This document shows positions 8,612-19,352 of a stretch of 60,093 bases of DNA, in pieces. Origin of the DNA: Phycisphaerae bacterium (GTDB lineage Bacteria; Planctomycetota; Phycisphaerae; Phycisphaerales; SM1A02); contig JABHWX010000108.1 of assembly GCA_018657585.1 (NCBI GenBank), positions 1 through 60,093 of the forward strand, in the 5' to 3' direction. Position numbers and translations under genes: made by a program. The notes beneath the pieces were generated by a model. It worked only from the letters and a program-made list of their open reading frames with translations. It did not search any database and had not been told where the DNA came from. The stretch's first letter is position 1; each line of letters begins with the position of its first letter.

Positions 8612-8761
8612 GGGTATATAATTGTGTTCCTAAAGGGCACTGTAGCAGGGTTTTCACCTCTTTTTAAACACATCGCCAAAGCATCGGCACCTTGGGCGTT
8701 GACACATCTGCATTTGGGTGGTAATTTCGTCATTCTGCCTATCCACCCCCAAGGGATCCCT

Positions 8762-9781
8762 ATGTCAAAACTACTATTAATTACACCCATTCTTACTTTA
8801 CTTTGTTGCACCGCTACCTTTGCGCAGCCTAGAAGCATCTCCAATATCGTTGGGGAAAGCAATATTACAGAGGAAGATGAATTGAAAATCCAAAAATTTG
8901 CGATTGGTTGGGCTGAAGAGTTATTAACAACTGACGCTGATACTCTTGAGCGAGCGCACAAAAAACTTATTAGTCCTTTTGATGAAACTGCTCGAATGAC
9001 GCCTCATGGCAGATCTCTTTATGGAAAATATTTAAAAGAGGGATTCGAATCGTTGCTCAGCAAGGATAACGACAACGAAATGGCTGCTGTAAATGCTTTG
9101 CAAGTTTACTCGCTACTAGGCACGGAGCAGGCATGTTCACTCTTAATAAAGTACGCACATTCCAGTACTGAAAACAGGGACGCTTTGCGGCTCTGGGCTT
9201 CTATTGGTCTTGGCACTACGTTCCTCGTTGGGGAGTTACCCCAAAATCGTGTAGAGCGGTATGCAAATCTTCTTTGCTCCTACATCGCAAATGAAACTGT
9301 CTGGTATGTGCTCTCAAGACAGTTCGATTCACTTGCTGCGTTGCAAGCGATACCTGGATTAGACAGAAGCCAACGCGATGAGATGGCTGAACTCTCTTTT
9401 TCGCTACAGACCAGTGCTCTTGAAAAATTGCTCGCATCCGTAGATGCTCTTGAGGCTGATGAACGTGTTCAATCACTCTCGCTTGTGTTGCCATCGCTTA
9501 GGTTACAACTCAACGAACCTGGAATTAATGAGCAAGTAAAGGCGGACACTTTTAACAGCATCATCCCCCCTCTTGTTGTTTTTGTTGAAAATGCTGCAAA
9601 CAATCCACTCGCGCATGAAGATGATTTGTTTGATGCATACGGCAGAGCTGTGCATTCTGCGGGCCTGTTGATTTCAATGGGTCTTAATGTTGGTGGTGGG
9701 GTAAACGTGGGCGAGCTTTGGAACGAGGAAAATTATTCTGACATCCTCAAACTAGTAGAATCATGGAAATCTAACCAGTAA
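8762..9781 (+). CDS. Secreted hypothetical helical-repeat protein
   Basis: Start is trimmed to ATG 8762, giving signal peptide MSKLLLITPILTLLCCTATFAQP. The longer track ORF would overlap the divergent gene. Confidence 0.75.
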   Translation: MSKLLLITPILTLLCCTATFAQPRSISNIVGESNITEEDELKIQKFAIGWAEELLTTDADTLERAHKKLISPFDETARMTPHGRSLYGKYLKEGFESLLSKDNDNEMAAVNALQVYSLLGTEQACSLLIKYAHSSTENRDALRLWASIGLGTTFLVGELPQNRVERYANLLCSYIANETVWYVLSRQFDSLAALQAIPGLDRSQRDEMAELSFSLQTSALEKLLASVDALEADERVQSLSLVLPSLRLQLNEPGINEQVKADTFNSIIPPLVVFVENAANNPLAHEDDLFDAYGRAVHSAGLLISMGLNVGGGVNVGELWNEENYSDILKLVESWKSNQ

Positions 9782-9786
9782 CTTTG

Positions 9787-11661
9787 ATGTACCGAATATT
9801 CACCGTTATTGGTGTTTGTGTTGCGGGTTTGATTTTCCTCACTAGTTTTTCTTCACAAAAACCTAGAGCCGATTTTGTTTTTGTAAATCGCGGAGATGTG
9901 TTTACCCTTGATCCTCAGCGGATGAGTTGGTTGAATGATATGCAAATTGCATATTGTTTATACGAGGGGGTTGTTCGGTGGAACACGGAAGATTTTTCGA
10001 TAGAACCAGCGGCATCAGAATCTTTTAATGTTTCTGACGACGGGAAAACATACACGTTTAATTTAAGAAAAGATGCAAGGTGGAGCAATGGGGCTTCGGT
10101 TACTGCATACGATTTTGTTTATTCTTGGATGCGTTTACTTACTCCAGACACTTCTTCTGATTACTCGAGTTTCTTTTTTTCGATTTCTGGGGCCAAAGGT
10201 TTTTGGGATTGGCGTACCGAACAATTAGAAAATAATATTGTTTTCACTATTGAAGAGATTGAAGATGTCTTTAACCGTATGGTAAAAATCACTGCCAAAA
10301 ACGATTATGTGCTCGTTGTTGAACTTGACCGACCTATATCCTATTTTTTAGACCAGTTAGCATTGGCTGTGTGTAGCCCAGTGTATAAACCGTCTGTTGA
10401 GGGCTGGGATGTTCGGGGTGAACCGTCAAAATTAGCTATTACTGATGGGTGGAACAATGTTGAACCACCACCAATATCGAAACGAAAATGGATCGACGTG
10501 GATAAAGACACTGGAAGAATTACTCAACAATATTTCTGGGCAAGACCAGAAACGATTGTGGGAAATGGGCCTTTTGTTTTAGAAGATTGGCGTTACAAAA
10601 GAGATATGTGGTTGCGGGCCAATCCAATGTACCACTCACGTCAACATGTTGGTGTGAAGAGCATCCAAGCACTTACTATCACCGATTCGAACACCGCTGT
10701 CCTTGCTTTTGAGGGTGGTGAGATAGATTGGCTTAACGGTGTGAATGTGGATTACCAAGTGGATATGTTGGCTGAAAAAGATCGTGGAGAACGGTCAAAC
10801 ATTCATGCGACACCCACCTTTGGAACAGACTTCTTTTCTTTTAATTGCCGTGATACTCTTCAGGACGGAAGCAACAATCCATTCAAAAACGCGGGCGTCC
10901 GGCGTGCCTTTGTATTTGGAACAGATAGGCAGGCTATTGTTGATTATGCAACTAGGCTTCGAGAGCCCGTTGTTACTAGCATTGTTCCACCGAACTCCAT
11001 CAAAGGATATGGACAAGTCGTTGGTTTGGGGTTCGATGTGGACAGGGCGCGGGAAGAGTTAGCTGATGCTGGTTGGGTTGACCGAAATGGTGATGGGCTT
11101 GTTGAGGATGTTGATGGAAACAGGTTTCCAACGGTAGATTTGTTATACACAACAAATACACCTCGATATAAATGGATATCGCTTTCGCTTCGTGATCAAT
11201 GGAAAAACAACCTGGGTATCGATGTTTCTTTACGTGGAACTGACAACAAGTTTTTTAGTGCCGACTTACGGTCTGGAAACTTCATGGTTGCTCGTGGAAG
11301 GTGGTATGGAGATTATGGTGACCCAACCACTTTTTTGGATATTTTCAAAACCAAAAATGGAAACAATGATCGTGGGTATTCGAATTCTGAAATAGATAAA
11401 GAACTTTACCAAGCAGAACAAGAACGTAACCAACAGGCGCGGTATGCAATGTTGCGAGATATTGAAGAACGTTTGTTTACAGAAGAAGTGCCAATGCTTG
11501 TTATCTGCCAATTGTTACAATTGTCTATGTATGATCCAGAAAAGATACACGGGCTAACTGCACACCCGCGATTAGTACAACACCTTTGGCGAGTTACAGT
11601 GCCTCAAGTTAGGTTGGGCGCGGATCAAAAAACTGATACGTCACATCTACTAGAAGATTGA
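9787..11661 (+). CDS. ABC transporter substrate-binding protein, family 5 (peptide/nickel, OppA/DppA-like)
   Basis: N-terminal TM/signal sequence, followed by FVNRGDVFTLDPQ..., FNVSDDGKTYTFNLRKDARWSNGASVTAYDFVYSW, typical of SBP family 5. Confidence 0.88.
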   Translation: MYRIFTVIGVCVAGLIFLTSFSSQKPRADFVFVNRGDVFTLDPQRMSWLNDMQIAYCLYEGVVRWNTEDFSIEPAASESFNVSDDGKTYTFNLRKDARWSNGASVTAYDFVYSWMRLLTPDTSSDYSSFFFSISGAKGFWDWRTEQLENNIVFTIEEIEDVFNRMVKITAKNDYVLVVELDRPISYFLDQLALAVCSPVYKPSVEGWDVRGEPSKLAITDGWNNVEPPPISKRKWIDVDKDTGRITQQYFWARPETIVGNGPFVLEDWRYKRDMWLRANPMYHSRQHVGVKSIQALTITDSNTAVLAFEGGEIDWLNGVNVDYQVDMLAEKDRGERSNIHATPTFGTDFFSFNCRDTLQDGSNNPFKNAGVRRAFVFGTDRQAIVDYATRLREPVVTSIVPPNSIKGYGQVVGLGFDVDRAREELADAGWVDRNGDGLVEDVDGNRFPTVDLLYTTNTPRYKWISLSLRDQWKNNLGIDVSLRGTDNKFFSADLRSGNFMVARGRWYGDYGDPTTFLDIFKTKNGNNDRGYSNSEIDKELYQAEQERNQQARYAMLRDIEERLFTEEVPMLVICQLLQLSMYDPEKIHGLTAHPRLVQHLWRVTVPQVRLGADQKTDTSHLLED

Positions 11662-12568
11662 ACAATACAAGCATACAAGAATACACTAGCACTATTCCCA
11701 TTAATACTGTTATGTCTTTGCCAAGAACAGCGTCAATAAAATGTGTCCCAATCCCTGGAACGGCAAACACTTTTTCGACAACGAAAGATCCCGTCATTGC
11801 TGCGGCTGTTGCCGGTCCTAAATAACTCAAAACCGGCAAAAATGCGTTCTTAAGCGCGTGTTTAAGAACAACCCTGTACTCTGGCAACCCTTTCGCTCGA
11901 GCAGTTCGTATATGGTCACTCTTCATCTGTTCAAGCATTCCTGCTCGAGTGAGTTGTGCAATATACGCAGAGAAGGGAAGGCTAAGCGCTAGTGATGGCA
12001 GCACCAGATGTCTCCAGGTTCCCCATCCACTGATTGGGAACCACTGAAGCCAAACAGCAAAGACAATCAATAATACTACTCCAACAACAAACGCCGGAAG
12101 GCTAATACCAACAACAGAAATACCAATTGCTATTGCGTCTAACCAGGTGCCTGGCCGAAGCGCACTGCACACTCCCGCCGTGGTACCTATACAAAGGGCA
12201 AGCACAATTGCAAGAAGCCCAAGGGTCATCGAGACGGGTAGTTGTGAAACCAAAATATCATTTACGGTCCAGTTTTCGTGACGAAGGCTTGGTCCAAGAT
12301 TAAACACTGGTCCAGAATGATCGCCAAAAACCCAAGCAAGCCCAGAGGCGTCCCACGCATACTCACCATAAAAAACGATGGGTTTGTCTAGGTTGTATTG
12401 CGATTCCATCGCTTTAACAACTTCTGGTGGAGGTCGGCGGCCTTCTTTTTCAAGAGGGTTTCCTGGAATTTGCCAAGCTAATAAAAACGTGATTGTATAC
12501 ACAGAAAACAAAATAAACGGCAGTTGTACGAACCTCCAAAAAACCATCTTGCTGGTTTTTGATGACAT
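11609..12568 (-). CDS. ABC transporter permease (OppB/DppB-like)
   Basis: ITFLLAWQIPGNP N-terminus, EAA-like loop IRTARAKGLPEYRVVLKHALKNA, and C-terminal DPR. The 3' end overlaps the convergent SBP gene by 53 bp. Confidence 0.88.
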   Translation of the reverse strand: MSSKTSKMVFWRFVQLPFILFSVYTITFLLAWQIPGNPLEKEGRRPPPEVVKAMESQYNLDKPIVFYGEYAWDASGLAWVFGDHSGPVFNLGPSLRHENWTVNDILVSQLPVSMTLGLLAIVLALCIGTTAGVCSALRPGTWLDAIAIGISVVGISLPAFVVGVVLLIVFAVWLQWFPISGWGTWRHLVLPSLALSLPFSAYIAQLTRAGMLEQMKSDHIRTARAKGLPEYRVVLKHALKNAFLPVLSYLGPATAAAMTGSFVVEKVFAVPGIGTHFIDAVLGKDITVLMGIVLVYSCMLVLFNLLVDVTYQFFDPRPT

Positions 12569-12570
12569 GT

Positions 12571-13848
12571 TTAGATACCGTACTTTGCATTGTCGCCAAG
12601 AATTTCTGCAATTCGAATTAGCTGGTTGTACTTTGCGGTACGGTCACTCCTACATGGTGCGCCAGTTTTAATTTGCCCACAGTTTGTTGCAACGGCAATA
12701 TCTGCAATCGTTGTGTCTTCTGTTTCACCGCTTCTGTGGCTAAGCACAGCAGAATATTTGTTTTGATGCGCCATATCTACTGCGGCAAACGTTTCGGTAA
12801 GGGTGCCAATCTGGTTTACTTTCACCAGAATAGAATTTGCGCATCCATCGACTATTCCCCTCTCAAGAAATGTTGGGTTCGTTACGAATAAATCATCGCC
12901 AACAAGTTGGGTTGTGTTTCCAAGACGACCAGTAAGTGCCTTCCAGCCAGACCAATCGTCTTCTCCAAGCCCGTCTTCAATTGAACAGATTGGGTACCTG
13001 TTGCACCAGTCCGCCCAAAGATCAATCATTTCTGACGAAGATAGTATTTTGTCTGGATCGCTGCTAAAGAATCGGTATCCTTCCTTGCCTATTTTTCTAG
13101 CTTCAGTTACAAGTTCACTTGTTGCTGGGTCAAGTGCAACAAATATTTGTTCTCCCCACAAATAACCCGCCCTGTCTACTGCTTCTTCAATAACCTTAAG
13201 AGCGTCTTCGTTATCAGCAAGGTTTGGTGCGAAGCCACCCTCATCACCAACGGCTGTGGACATATTTCTATCGTGTAATACATTTTTTAATGTGTGATAA
13301 ATTTCTACTGCAGCACGCAACCCTTCGGTAAATGTATCAAACCCTTTTGGTTGAATCATAAATTCTTGAAAATCTACCGTGTTATCTGCGTGTTTTCCGC
13401 CGTTTAATATATTAAACATAGGAATGGGAATGGTGTTCGAGGTTGGGTTGATGTAAGCAAAAAGTGGAACACCCGAATTGTTTGCGGCTGCATGTATTGT
13501 TGCCATAGAAACTCCAAGAAGCGCGTTTGCTCCAAGGTTGCCTTTATTGGGAGTTCCATCTAAGGCAATCATTGTTTGGTCAACACTAACTTGGTCACTA
13601 GCATCTAGTCCAATTACTGCATCTGCAATCGGTCCATTGATGTTAGCGACAGCGTTTTGCACCCCCTTGCCACACCACAATGGTCCGCCATCTCGCAGCT
13701 CAACCGCTTCGTGTTCGCCGGTGCTTGCCCCGCTTGGAACTGCTGCCCTGCCAAAGCCACCACTTTGAAGTGTCACTTCGCATTCAAGGGTGGGGTTTCC
13801 TCTTGAGTCAAGGATTTGTCTTGCATGAATTTTGGTAATTGTGGTCAT
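12571..13848 (-). CDS. eno: Enolase (phosphopyruvate hydratase)
   Basis: Start at ATG 13848 gives [40 protein letters not shown] is also present. 426 aa. Confidence 0.96.
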   Translation of the reverse strand: MTTITKIHARQILDSRGNPTLECEVTLQSGGFGRAAVPSGASTGEHEAVELRDGGPLWCGKGVQNAVANINGPIADAVIGLDASDQVSVDQTMIALDGTPNKGNLGANALLGVSMATIHAAANNSGVPLFAYINPTSNTIPIPMFNILNGGKHADNTVDFQEFMIQPKGFDTFTEGLRAAVEIYHTLKNVLHDRNMSTAVGDEGGFAPNLADNEDALKVIEEAVDRAGYLWGEQIFVALDPATSELVTEARKIGKEGYRFFSSDPDKILSSSEMIDLWADWCNRYPICSIEDGLGEDDWSGWKALTGRLGNTTQLVGDDLFVTNPTFLERGIVDGCANSILVKVNQIGTLTETFAAVDMAHQNKYSAVLSHRSGETEDTTIADIAVATNCGQIKTGAPCRSDRTAKYNQLIRIAEILGDNAKYGI

Positions 13849-13881
13849 AAAGTCACATCTTTCATAAAACGGAATCATACT

Positions 13882-14352
13882 ATGTCTATGATTGACCGGA
13901 AGCAAAAACTAACCGGAGAATTCCTAAGCAAATTCAATGGTCCTTGTCCATATTGCGGATATCAACTCAAAAATCCGTCAAGCGAAAGGTGCCCAGAGTG
14001 TGGTTCTAGGTTGGTTGTGGGTGTCTTTAGCCCATTTCGTTTTTCGCCTTGGCATGCCTTGGTTGTGAGCACGGCAATAACCATTGGTGTTTGTTTTGAT
14101 AGGTTATTTTTGGTGGTTGTTGGAATGTTCAACAGCAACGCCGGATTTGTAGTATCGAATCTGTTTTACCTATTTGCCTTGTTTTTTATCGTTCTGTGCG
14201 GGGTTTTTTATGTTGTGTGGAGGTGCAAGAAAAAATTTGACAAGCTTGTTTTATGGAAACGGGTGTTTTGGTATTGCGTTTCGATTCTTGTTCCGATCGT
14301 CGTAACGTTGACCCAGTATTATTTATTGATGCGGGTTCTTGTCTGGAGCTAA
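13882..14352 (+). CDS. Membrane protein with N-terminal zinc-ribbon (CPYC...CPEC)
   Basis: [23 protein letters not shown] is followed by about four hydrophobic helices. Start is placed at ATG 13882 so that it does not overlap eno. Confidence 0.65.
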   Translation: MSMIDRKQKLTGEFLSKFNGPCPYCGYQLKNPSSERCPECGSRLVVGVFSPFRFSPWHALVVSTAITIGVCFDRLFLVVVGMFNSNAGFVVSNLFYLFALFFIVLCGVFYVVWRCKKKFDKLVLWKRVFWYCVSILVPIVVTLTQYYLLMRVLVWS

Positions 14353-15284
14353 GTTGTTGGGTATTTTGGTTTGCTGCCACGAAGAACTGCGTCAATGTCT
14401 CGAACAACCCAACCCATATTTACCGTAGCTCTTTTTGTTTTGCACGCAATATGTGGATACAAAATTGCGTTTGGAATATGTAACACTGGGTACTGAGGGG
14501 TGATTGGCTCGGGGTCATGAACATCAAGAATTGCAAAGGCTGATGGGTGGTGTGTTAAAAAGTGTGTAAGTGCGTACGTGTCAACAATGAATCCCCGTGC
14601 CGTATTTATAAAAACCATGTTTGGTTTCATTTTTTCAAACATCTCATTATCACACAGGTGTTTATTCTCTGTTCGACCGTCTACGTGAATTGAAACCACA
14701 TCGCTTTCTCTCAAAAGTTGGTCCATATCCACCTGTTTGCAACCGTGGGTGTGGTCTACGTCTAGGAGGTCGTTAAAAACAACACGAAAACCCATAGAAT
14801 TTGCCATTTTTCCTAACCTGCTTCCTATCCGACCAAACCCAATTATCCCAACAGTTGTTTCGCTAAACTCTTTTTGGGTCATTGATGTGTCGCGAAGGGT
14901 GTTCCATTCTTTTTGATGAAGGCTAGAGGTAATGGGAACGGTGTTGCGAATTGCCGTAAGCATTGTTGTAATAACAAACTCAACTACCGATTCACTGTTT
15001 GCGTCGGGCGTGTGTACAACCGTTACGAAATTTTCTTTACATGCAACTAGGTCAATGTTGTCCACTCCAGCGCCCGCCCTGCCAACCACTTGTAGGTTTG
15101 GTGCTTGCTCTAACATTTTTCTGTCAACCGTTGTATATGTTCTGATTACTAATCCGTTTGCTTTTGGAAGCAGCTCTTTGAACCGCAACGATTCTGGTGG
15201 ACACATATGAAGTTCGCACCGTTTTGCCAGCCAATCGCTGCATTCTTGTGGTAGGTTTTCGGTTTGAATGACAATTGTGTTCAT
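14349..15284 (-). CDS. D-isomer-specific 2-hydroxyacid dehydrogenase family protein (PGDH-like)
   Basis: NAD-binding motif GIIGFGRIGSRLG plus NTARGFIVD and a catalytic-type His region. Confidence 0.88.
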   Translation of the reverse strand: MNTIVIQTENLPQECSDWLAKRCELHMCPPESLRFKELLPKANGLVIRTYTTVDRKMLEQAPNLQVVGRAGAGVDNIDLVACKENFVTVVHTPDANSESVVEFVITTMLTAIRNTVPITSSLHQKEWNTLRDTSMTQKEFSETTVGIIGFGRIGSRLGKMANSMGFRVVFNDLLDVDHTHGCKQVDMDQLLRESDVVSIHVDGRTENKHLCDNEMFEKMKPNMVFINTARGFIVDTYALTHFLTHHPSAFAILDVHDPEPITPQYPVLHIPNAILYPHIACKTKRATVNMGWVVRDIDAVLRGSKPKYPTT

Positions 15285-15285
15285 A

Positions 15286-16947
15286 TCAAGCGTAAGAGTG
15301 TAGTCCGGAGATTGTAAAGTTAATAATAATCCAGTTAAAAAGCATAACTGCGCATCCCAGAAGAGCGAGCCATGCCGTCCAAAGACCTTTGTCTTGCACT
15401 TTTATTCGTGCGTGGATAAGCACAACAAATATCAAAAATGTATTCAGTGCGAACACTTCTTTTGGATCCCACCCCCACGGTCTTCCCCATGAGTGGTCTG
15501 CCCAAATTGCGCCCATCACAATTCCTGCCCAAAGCAAGATAAAGGATAGTTCAACCAAAATCATGGTTGCTCCATCAAGAACCGAGCCCATATTGCTTTT
15601 TAATGCGGGCGTGGTTCCGCCCTTTTTGTCTGGCCGAACCTCAACAAGTGATGCCACGCCACCTGCACGTGCATAATCTTGTTTTCCGTTTTGGTGTTTG
15701 GTTTTTTGCACAATTCTTCGTATCAAATAAATGATTGCACAAACGGCCGCTACAAAGATTAAGCAATATGCAAAGATTATAAAGTTCACGTGTATATAAA
15801 GCCAAATATCATGAAGAACTGGCATTTTGTTGGATACCTGTGGGTTCAGTTCCAGAGGATACAGCCGTACTGCGAGCAGGGCTACCATTGCGGCAATGCC
15901 TGACCCCAGCGCAAAGATGTATTTCATTGCTGTTTTACGAACAAAGCATTCCATAAAGACACCGAACACTCCACCCATCCAAGCTGCGGTGGTAATTGCC
16001 TCAAACATGTTTGTGTTTGGATATCGACCTGAAACATACCATCTCCATACAACAGCCAAAGTATTAAGAAGAACTGCAATTGTAAAAATAAACAGTCCAA
16101 TATTCCCAACACGTTTAAATCTGTACACAAATGCCATCAATAGTAAAACTACACTTACTAGATATACCAACCAAATACTTGTGAAGTTTCCCATACGAAA
16201 ATAAATACTTTCAAGCCATAGTTTTGAGGGGCTTGGATAAATATCTGAACCCTTTGCGAGTGCGGGTATTAGCACCGCTAGTTGTTTAAGTTCTACGTTC
16301 ACCTCGTCTGCGTTTCCATCCTGCCAAGCCTCTGTCAACCTTCGCCACGATTCAATAATATTTTGATCTTCGGCGCCCTCAAGCGTGGACCATGGTTGGT
16401 TAAACGATCCTGACGGTGGTGGTATTAGTTTTAAAGAGCCCCAAAGTGATCTTGGGTCACTTGCGCCCATTGCTCCGCTTATCCCTTCAATTGGAGTTGC
16501 GAACCTTCGCACGTCTTTCCTAAGAGAATTGAGTAGTTTTGACACGGTTTGGCTCTGCAACACTTCGCGAGAGACTAGGCCTGTTTTCATAAACCGATCC
16601 ATACGTTCTTTCGTTTGTGGATCGGTTATGTCAACTTCCCCAATAATTGCAGCCCGAAGACCCTTGTGTTTAACATAAATAATATCTTGACCGTAATACC
16701 GTTCGGGAAGAATCATCATGTCAAAATACGTAAACGAAACAGCTTGACCTTCAAAACTTTTTGAGCCCATGATGTAGGGCATATAAGATCTCGCAAAAGT
16801 TTCAAATGACTTTACGCGACCGTCCGTGAAAACAGCAACGTTGTCACTCAGTGGAGACATGTCGACCGACTTGGCAAATTCCGATGGTTGGGCAAATAGG
16901 GTGGTTGAACATATTAATGCCAGAATAAATGCAAAAAGTGTTTTCAT
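15286..16947 (-). CDS. ccsA: Cytochrome c biogenesis protein CcsA/ResC (System II) with long N-terminal periplasmic extension
   Basis: Tryptophan-rich WWD-type motif WADHSWGRPWGWDPKEVFAL, multiple TM helices, and signal peptide MKTLFAFILALICSTTLFAQ. Confidence 0.88.
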   Translation of the reverse strand: MKTLFAFILALICSTTLFAQPSEFAKSVDMSPLSDNVAVFTDGRVKSFETFARSYMPYIMGSKSFEGQAVSFTYFDMMILPERYYGQDIIYVKHKGLRAAIIGEVDITDPQTKERMDRFMKTGLVSREVLQSQTVSKLLNSLRKDVRRFATPIEGISGAMGASDPRSLWGSLKLIPPPSGSFNQPWSTLEGAEDQNIIESWRRLTEAWQDGNADEVNVELKQLAVLIPALAKGSDIYPSPSKLWLESIYFRMGNFTSIWLVYLVSVVLLLMAFVYRFKRVGNIGLFIFTIAVLLNTLAVVWRWYVSGRYPNTNMFEAITTAAWMGGVFGVFMECFVRKTAMKYIFALGSGIAAMVALLAVRLYPLELNPQVSNKMPVLHDIWLYIHVNFIIFAYCLIFVAAVCAIIYLIRRIVQKTKHQNGKQDYARAGGVASLVEVRPDKKGGTTPALKSNMGSVLDGATMILVELSFILLWAGIVMGAIWADHSWGRPWGWDPKEVFALNTFLIFVVLIHARIKVQDKGLWTAWLALLGCAVMLFNWIIINFTISGLHSYA

Positions 16948-19349
16948 GATGCCACCTCGGTGTATGCAGCCTGTTGGCGTTTACGTTTAATTGTTGGCTT
17001 CACATAAAACGCCCAAACCATTCCAGCAACAGTTAAACAACAGCCAAACAACATTGGGAAAATGCCGTGTCTATTTCCTACGCCAAGCACCGTGTAGTTC
17101 AGCCCCTGCGAAGCGGGGTCTGGTGGATCCCATTGTGATTGAAAAAACCAAAAGTCGCCGTGTGGTTTTGGATCATTCACGCTTACTGCAATTGTGTCTT
17201 CAGAACCGTCGAGGAATTTAATAAGACTTCTCCAGTTCAGAATACTTGAGGTTCTTCCTGTGAAACCACCAAGGTGTGAGTCTACTTCAAAAGAGTCAAG
17301 GACAACGGGTGCGTCTAATTTTGCGCTTCTTCGAGAAAACATCATTTCTATTATTTTCCCGTTTGGTAATTGGAGTGCTGTTGGTTTAAACTGAAATCGG
17401 CGAACAGCGTCTTGTTCTGATTCAAATGGGTAGTGGTGGTATGGCAACCAAACTGTGCTTGTGCCATCTGGTGATGGAATTACAACTTGGACCATCGAGT
17501 ACATATTGCTTGCTGATGGGTCGCGTTGAACAGCGGGAACAATGGTTGGTTTAGTAACCGTTCTTGCATACGCTTCCGCTTTATCGAGTGTGATTGTTAC
17601 TTCTGGTGTGAGATTAATTACTGAACCAACCTCCATAACTGTCTCTGTTGGTTCATCGCCAGTAAGCGCAGTAAGAAGAAGATGTTTACCATCTTCTATT
17701 CCTCCTACTATCGTGATGGGTGCCGAGCCGGGTGAATACTCCATTGTTATGGTATCGTCAATAAAGTTTGCACCATCGTGGTCTTTGCCTTCAACAACGT
17801 CTCGATTCATTTCTGGGCTATCAAACACCCAGCGCACCCATGTTTTTTCACCGTTTTTCAGCTCAACCTGAGCAAGGGACACTAAATTATTCCCAATAGC
17901 AAGGTTGTTTTGAATTGATTGTATTCGGTAGGAAAATGTTGAGTCACCAATTGGTTGAAATTCTGGATTGTTGGTAATCTGAAGTGGGATGTGTTCACCA
18001 CCAACTGTTGCAAACAGTGTTGCAGAAAGAGATTTTTTTAATGTGTTCAGTTCGTTTTCGTTGGTAAGCCACTTGTACGTCATGAGTGAAACATCTGCGG
18101 TACTTGACTGTGGGTCAAACGCATACATCTCAAGTGATTGAACTGCTTCGTTACCTTTGCGGAGTGTTACCCAGACGGTCGGGAATAGTTCGGTACCGCC
18201 TCCGGTCGTTTGAGAATCCATAAACGCATATCGCAAATAGCTTGAGACAATTATGTCCCCTTCAATTGGGTCGTCTGCGGATTGGGGTGGTACGTGGAGT
18301 GTTAGTGGGTTAATTGTTTGGGCATGCGCCTCAGGGGTTCCGGGGGTTCTTACTTCATCGTAGCCAGAAATATAATCATTAAACCGAGGCAGTTTTGAAA
18401 TGGGACGTTCTTGCCATTCTGTTTCTGGTACACCGGTAGAGGAAAGTCCTCGAATGTAAATCGCTCCGCTTTGTGTCACGTAGAACGTGTCTTTTGCGTC
18501 GTACTCAAGGCTCATTTGCAATGTTTCATCAACAAGAGCAGTTCCTAGAACATTTTTGGCTCGCGACATTGGTTGGTCCGGATCGTCACTCCTAATAATA
18601 TCTTCCGTGTACTCTGGATATCCCGCAATAAGTTGTCTCATAAATGACTCATCTTGTGAGTCAACCGAAATTGTTACTGCGTAGGTTTTTTTGCCAATAT
18701 CGTCACCGGACAGAAGTTCCCAGTTTGGGTTGATGTCTGTAATGGCAAAAGATGTTCCGTTAATTTCAATGGTGTTTGATGGGGTTACAACCATTGAAAC
18801 GGGATCCCCGCCTTGAACTTGGATTACAACGTTCCTTCTTGATACAAGAACATCGCCCTCAATTTTTTGAGAAAAATATACAACGCTCCCAATCACCATC
18901 ACAACAACACCAATATGAATTGTCCAAACCCCAGCAGTCAATATGTTCAGTGGAATTCTCCGTATTGTCACAATGGACATGTTTAAACAGAGTATTGCAA
19001 CAAGCCATTTGAATGGCCACCAGTGGAACCACTCGAACTCGGTCATTTCTAAACCGGGCATTTCTCGCAAGTTGACCCAGGCAGATGGTTCCCAGATTGC
19101 AAAACTAATTGGTACACCTGATGATCCAATTGAACAATAAAAGAATAACAGAACCAAAATGGTTATTCCAAACCAAACAGTGGTGAACAACTCTATCAAC
19201 ACACACGCGACTAGAGCGGGAATAGCAATGTACCACCACACCGAACCAACGGTGTCAGTGTTCCAAAAAAGGAGCAACAATCCAATCAACGGAAGAAGCC
19301 AAAGCAAACTTCCTGGAAAACGAAGGAGCGTTGGTGATTGTTGTTTCAT
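16944..19349 (-). CDS. ResB/CcsB-like cytochrome c biogenesis protein, unusually long (801 aa)
   Basis: N-terminal TM helices, a very large soluble middle region, and a C-terminal TM helix. It sits immediately upstream of ccsA with a 4-nt overlap. The family call rests on architecture and context. Confidence 0.7.
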   Translation of the reverse strand: MKQQSPTLLRFPGSLLWLLPLIGLLLLFWNTDTVGSVWWYIAIPALVACVLIELFTTVWFGITILVLLFFYCSIGSSGVPISFAIWEPSAWVNLREMPGLEMTEFEWFHWWPFKWLVAILCLNMSIVTIRRIPLNILTAGVWTIHIGVVVMVIGSVVYFSQKIEGDVLVSRRNVVIQVQGGDPVSMVVTPSNTIEINGTSFAITDINPNWELLSGDDIGKKTYAVTISVDSQDESFMRQLIAGYPEYTEDIIRSDDPDQPMSRAKNVLGTALVDETLQMSLEYDAKDTFYVTQSGAIYIRGLSSTGVPETEWQERPISKLPRFNDYISGYDEVRTPGTPEAHAQTINPLTLHVPPQSADDPIEGDIIVSSYLRYAFMDSQTTGGGTELFPTVWVTLRKGNEAVQSLEMYAFDPQSSTADVSLMTYKWLTNENELNTLKKSLSATLFATVGGEHIPLQITNNPEFQPIGDSTFSYRIQSIQNNLAIGNNLVSLAQVELKNGEKTWVRWVFDSPEMNRDVVEGKDHDGANFIDDTITMEYSPGSAPITIVGGIEDGKHLLLTALTGDEPTETVMEVGSVINLTPEVTITLDKAEAYARTVTKPTIVPAVQRDPSASNMYSMVQVVIPSPDGTSTVWLPYHHYPFESEQDAVRRFQFKPTALQLPNGKIIEMMFSRRSAKLDAPVVLDSFEVDSHLGGFTGRTSSILNWRSLIKFLDGSEDTIAVSVNDPKPHGDFWFFQSQWDPPDPASQGLNYTVLGVGNRHGIFPMLFGCCLTVAGMVWAFYVKPTIKRKRQQAAYTEVAS

Positions 19350-19352
19350 TTT

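Noticed and set aside
8543-8761. Long N-terminal extension of ORF 8543-9781
   Set aside because: The extension would overlap the start of the divergent 6107-8611 gene by about 70 bp and encodes Cys-rich junk. The internal ATG at 8762 begins a clean signal peptide.
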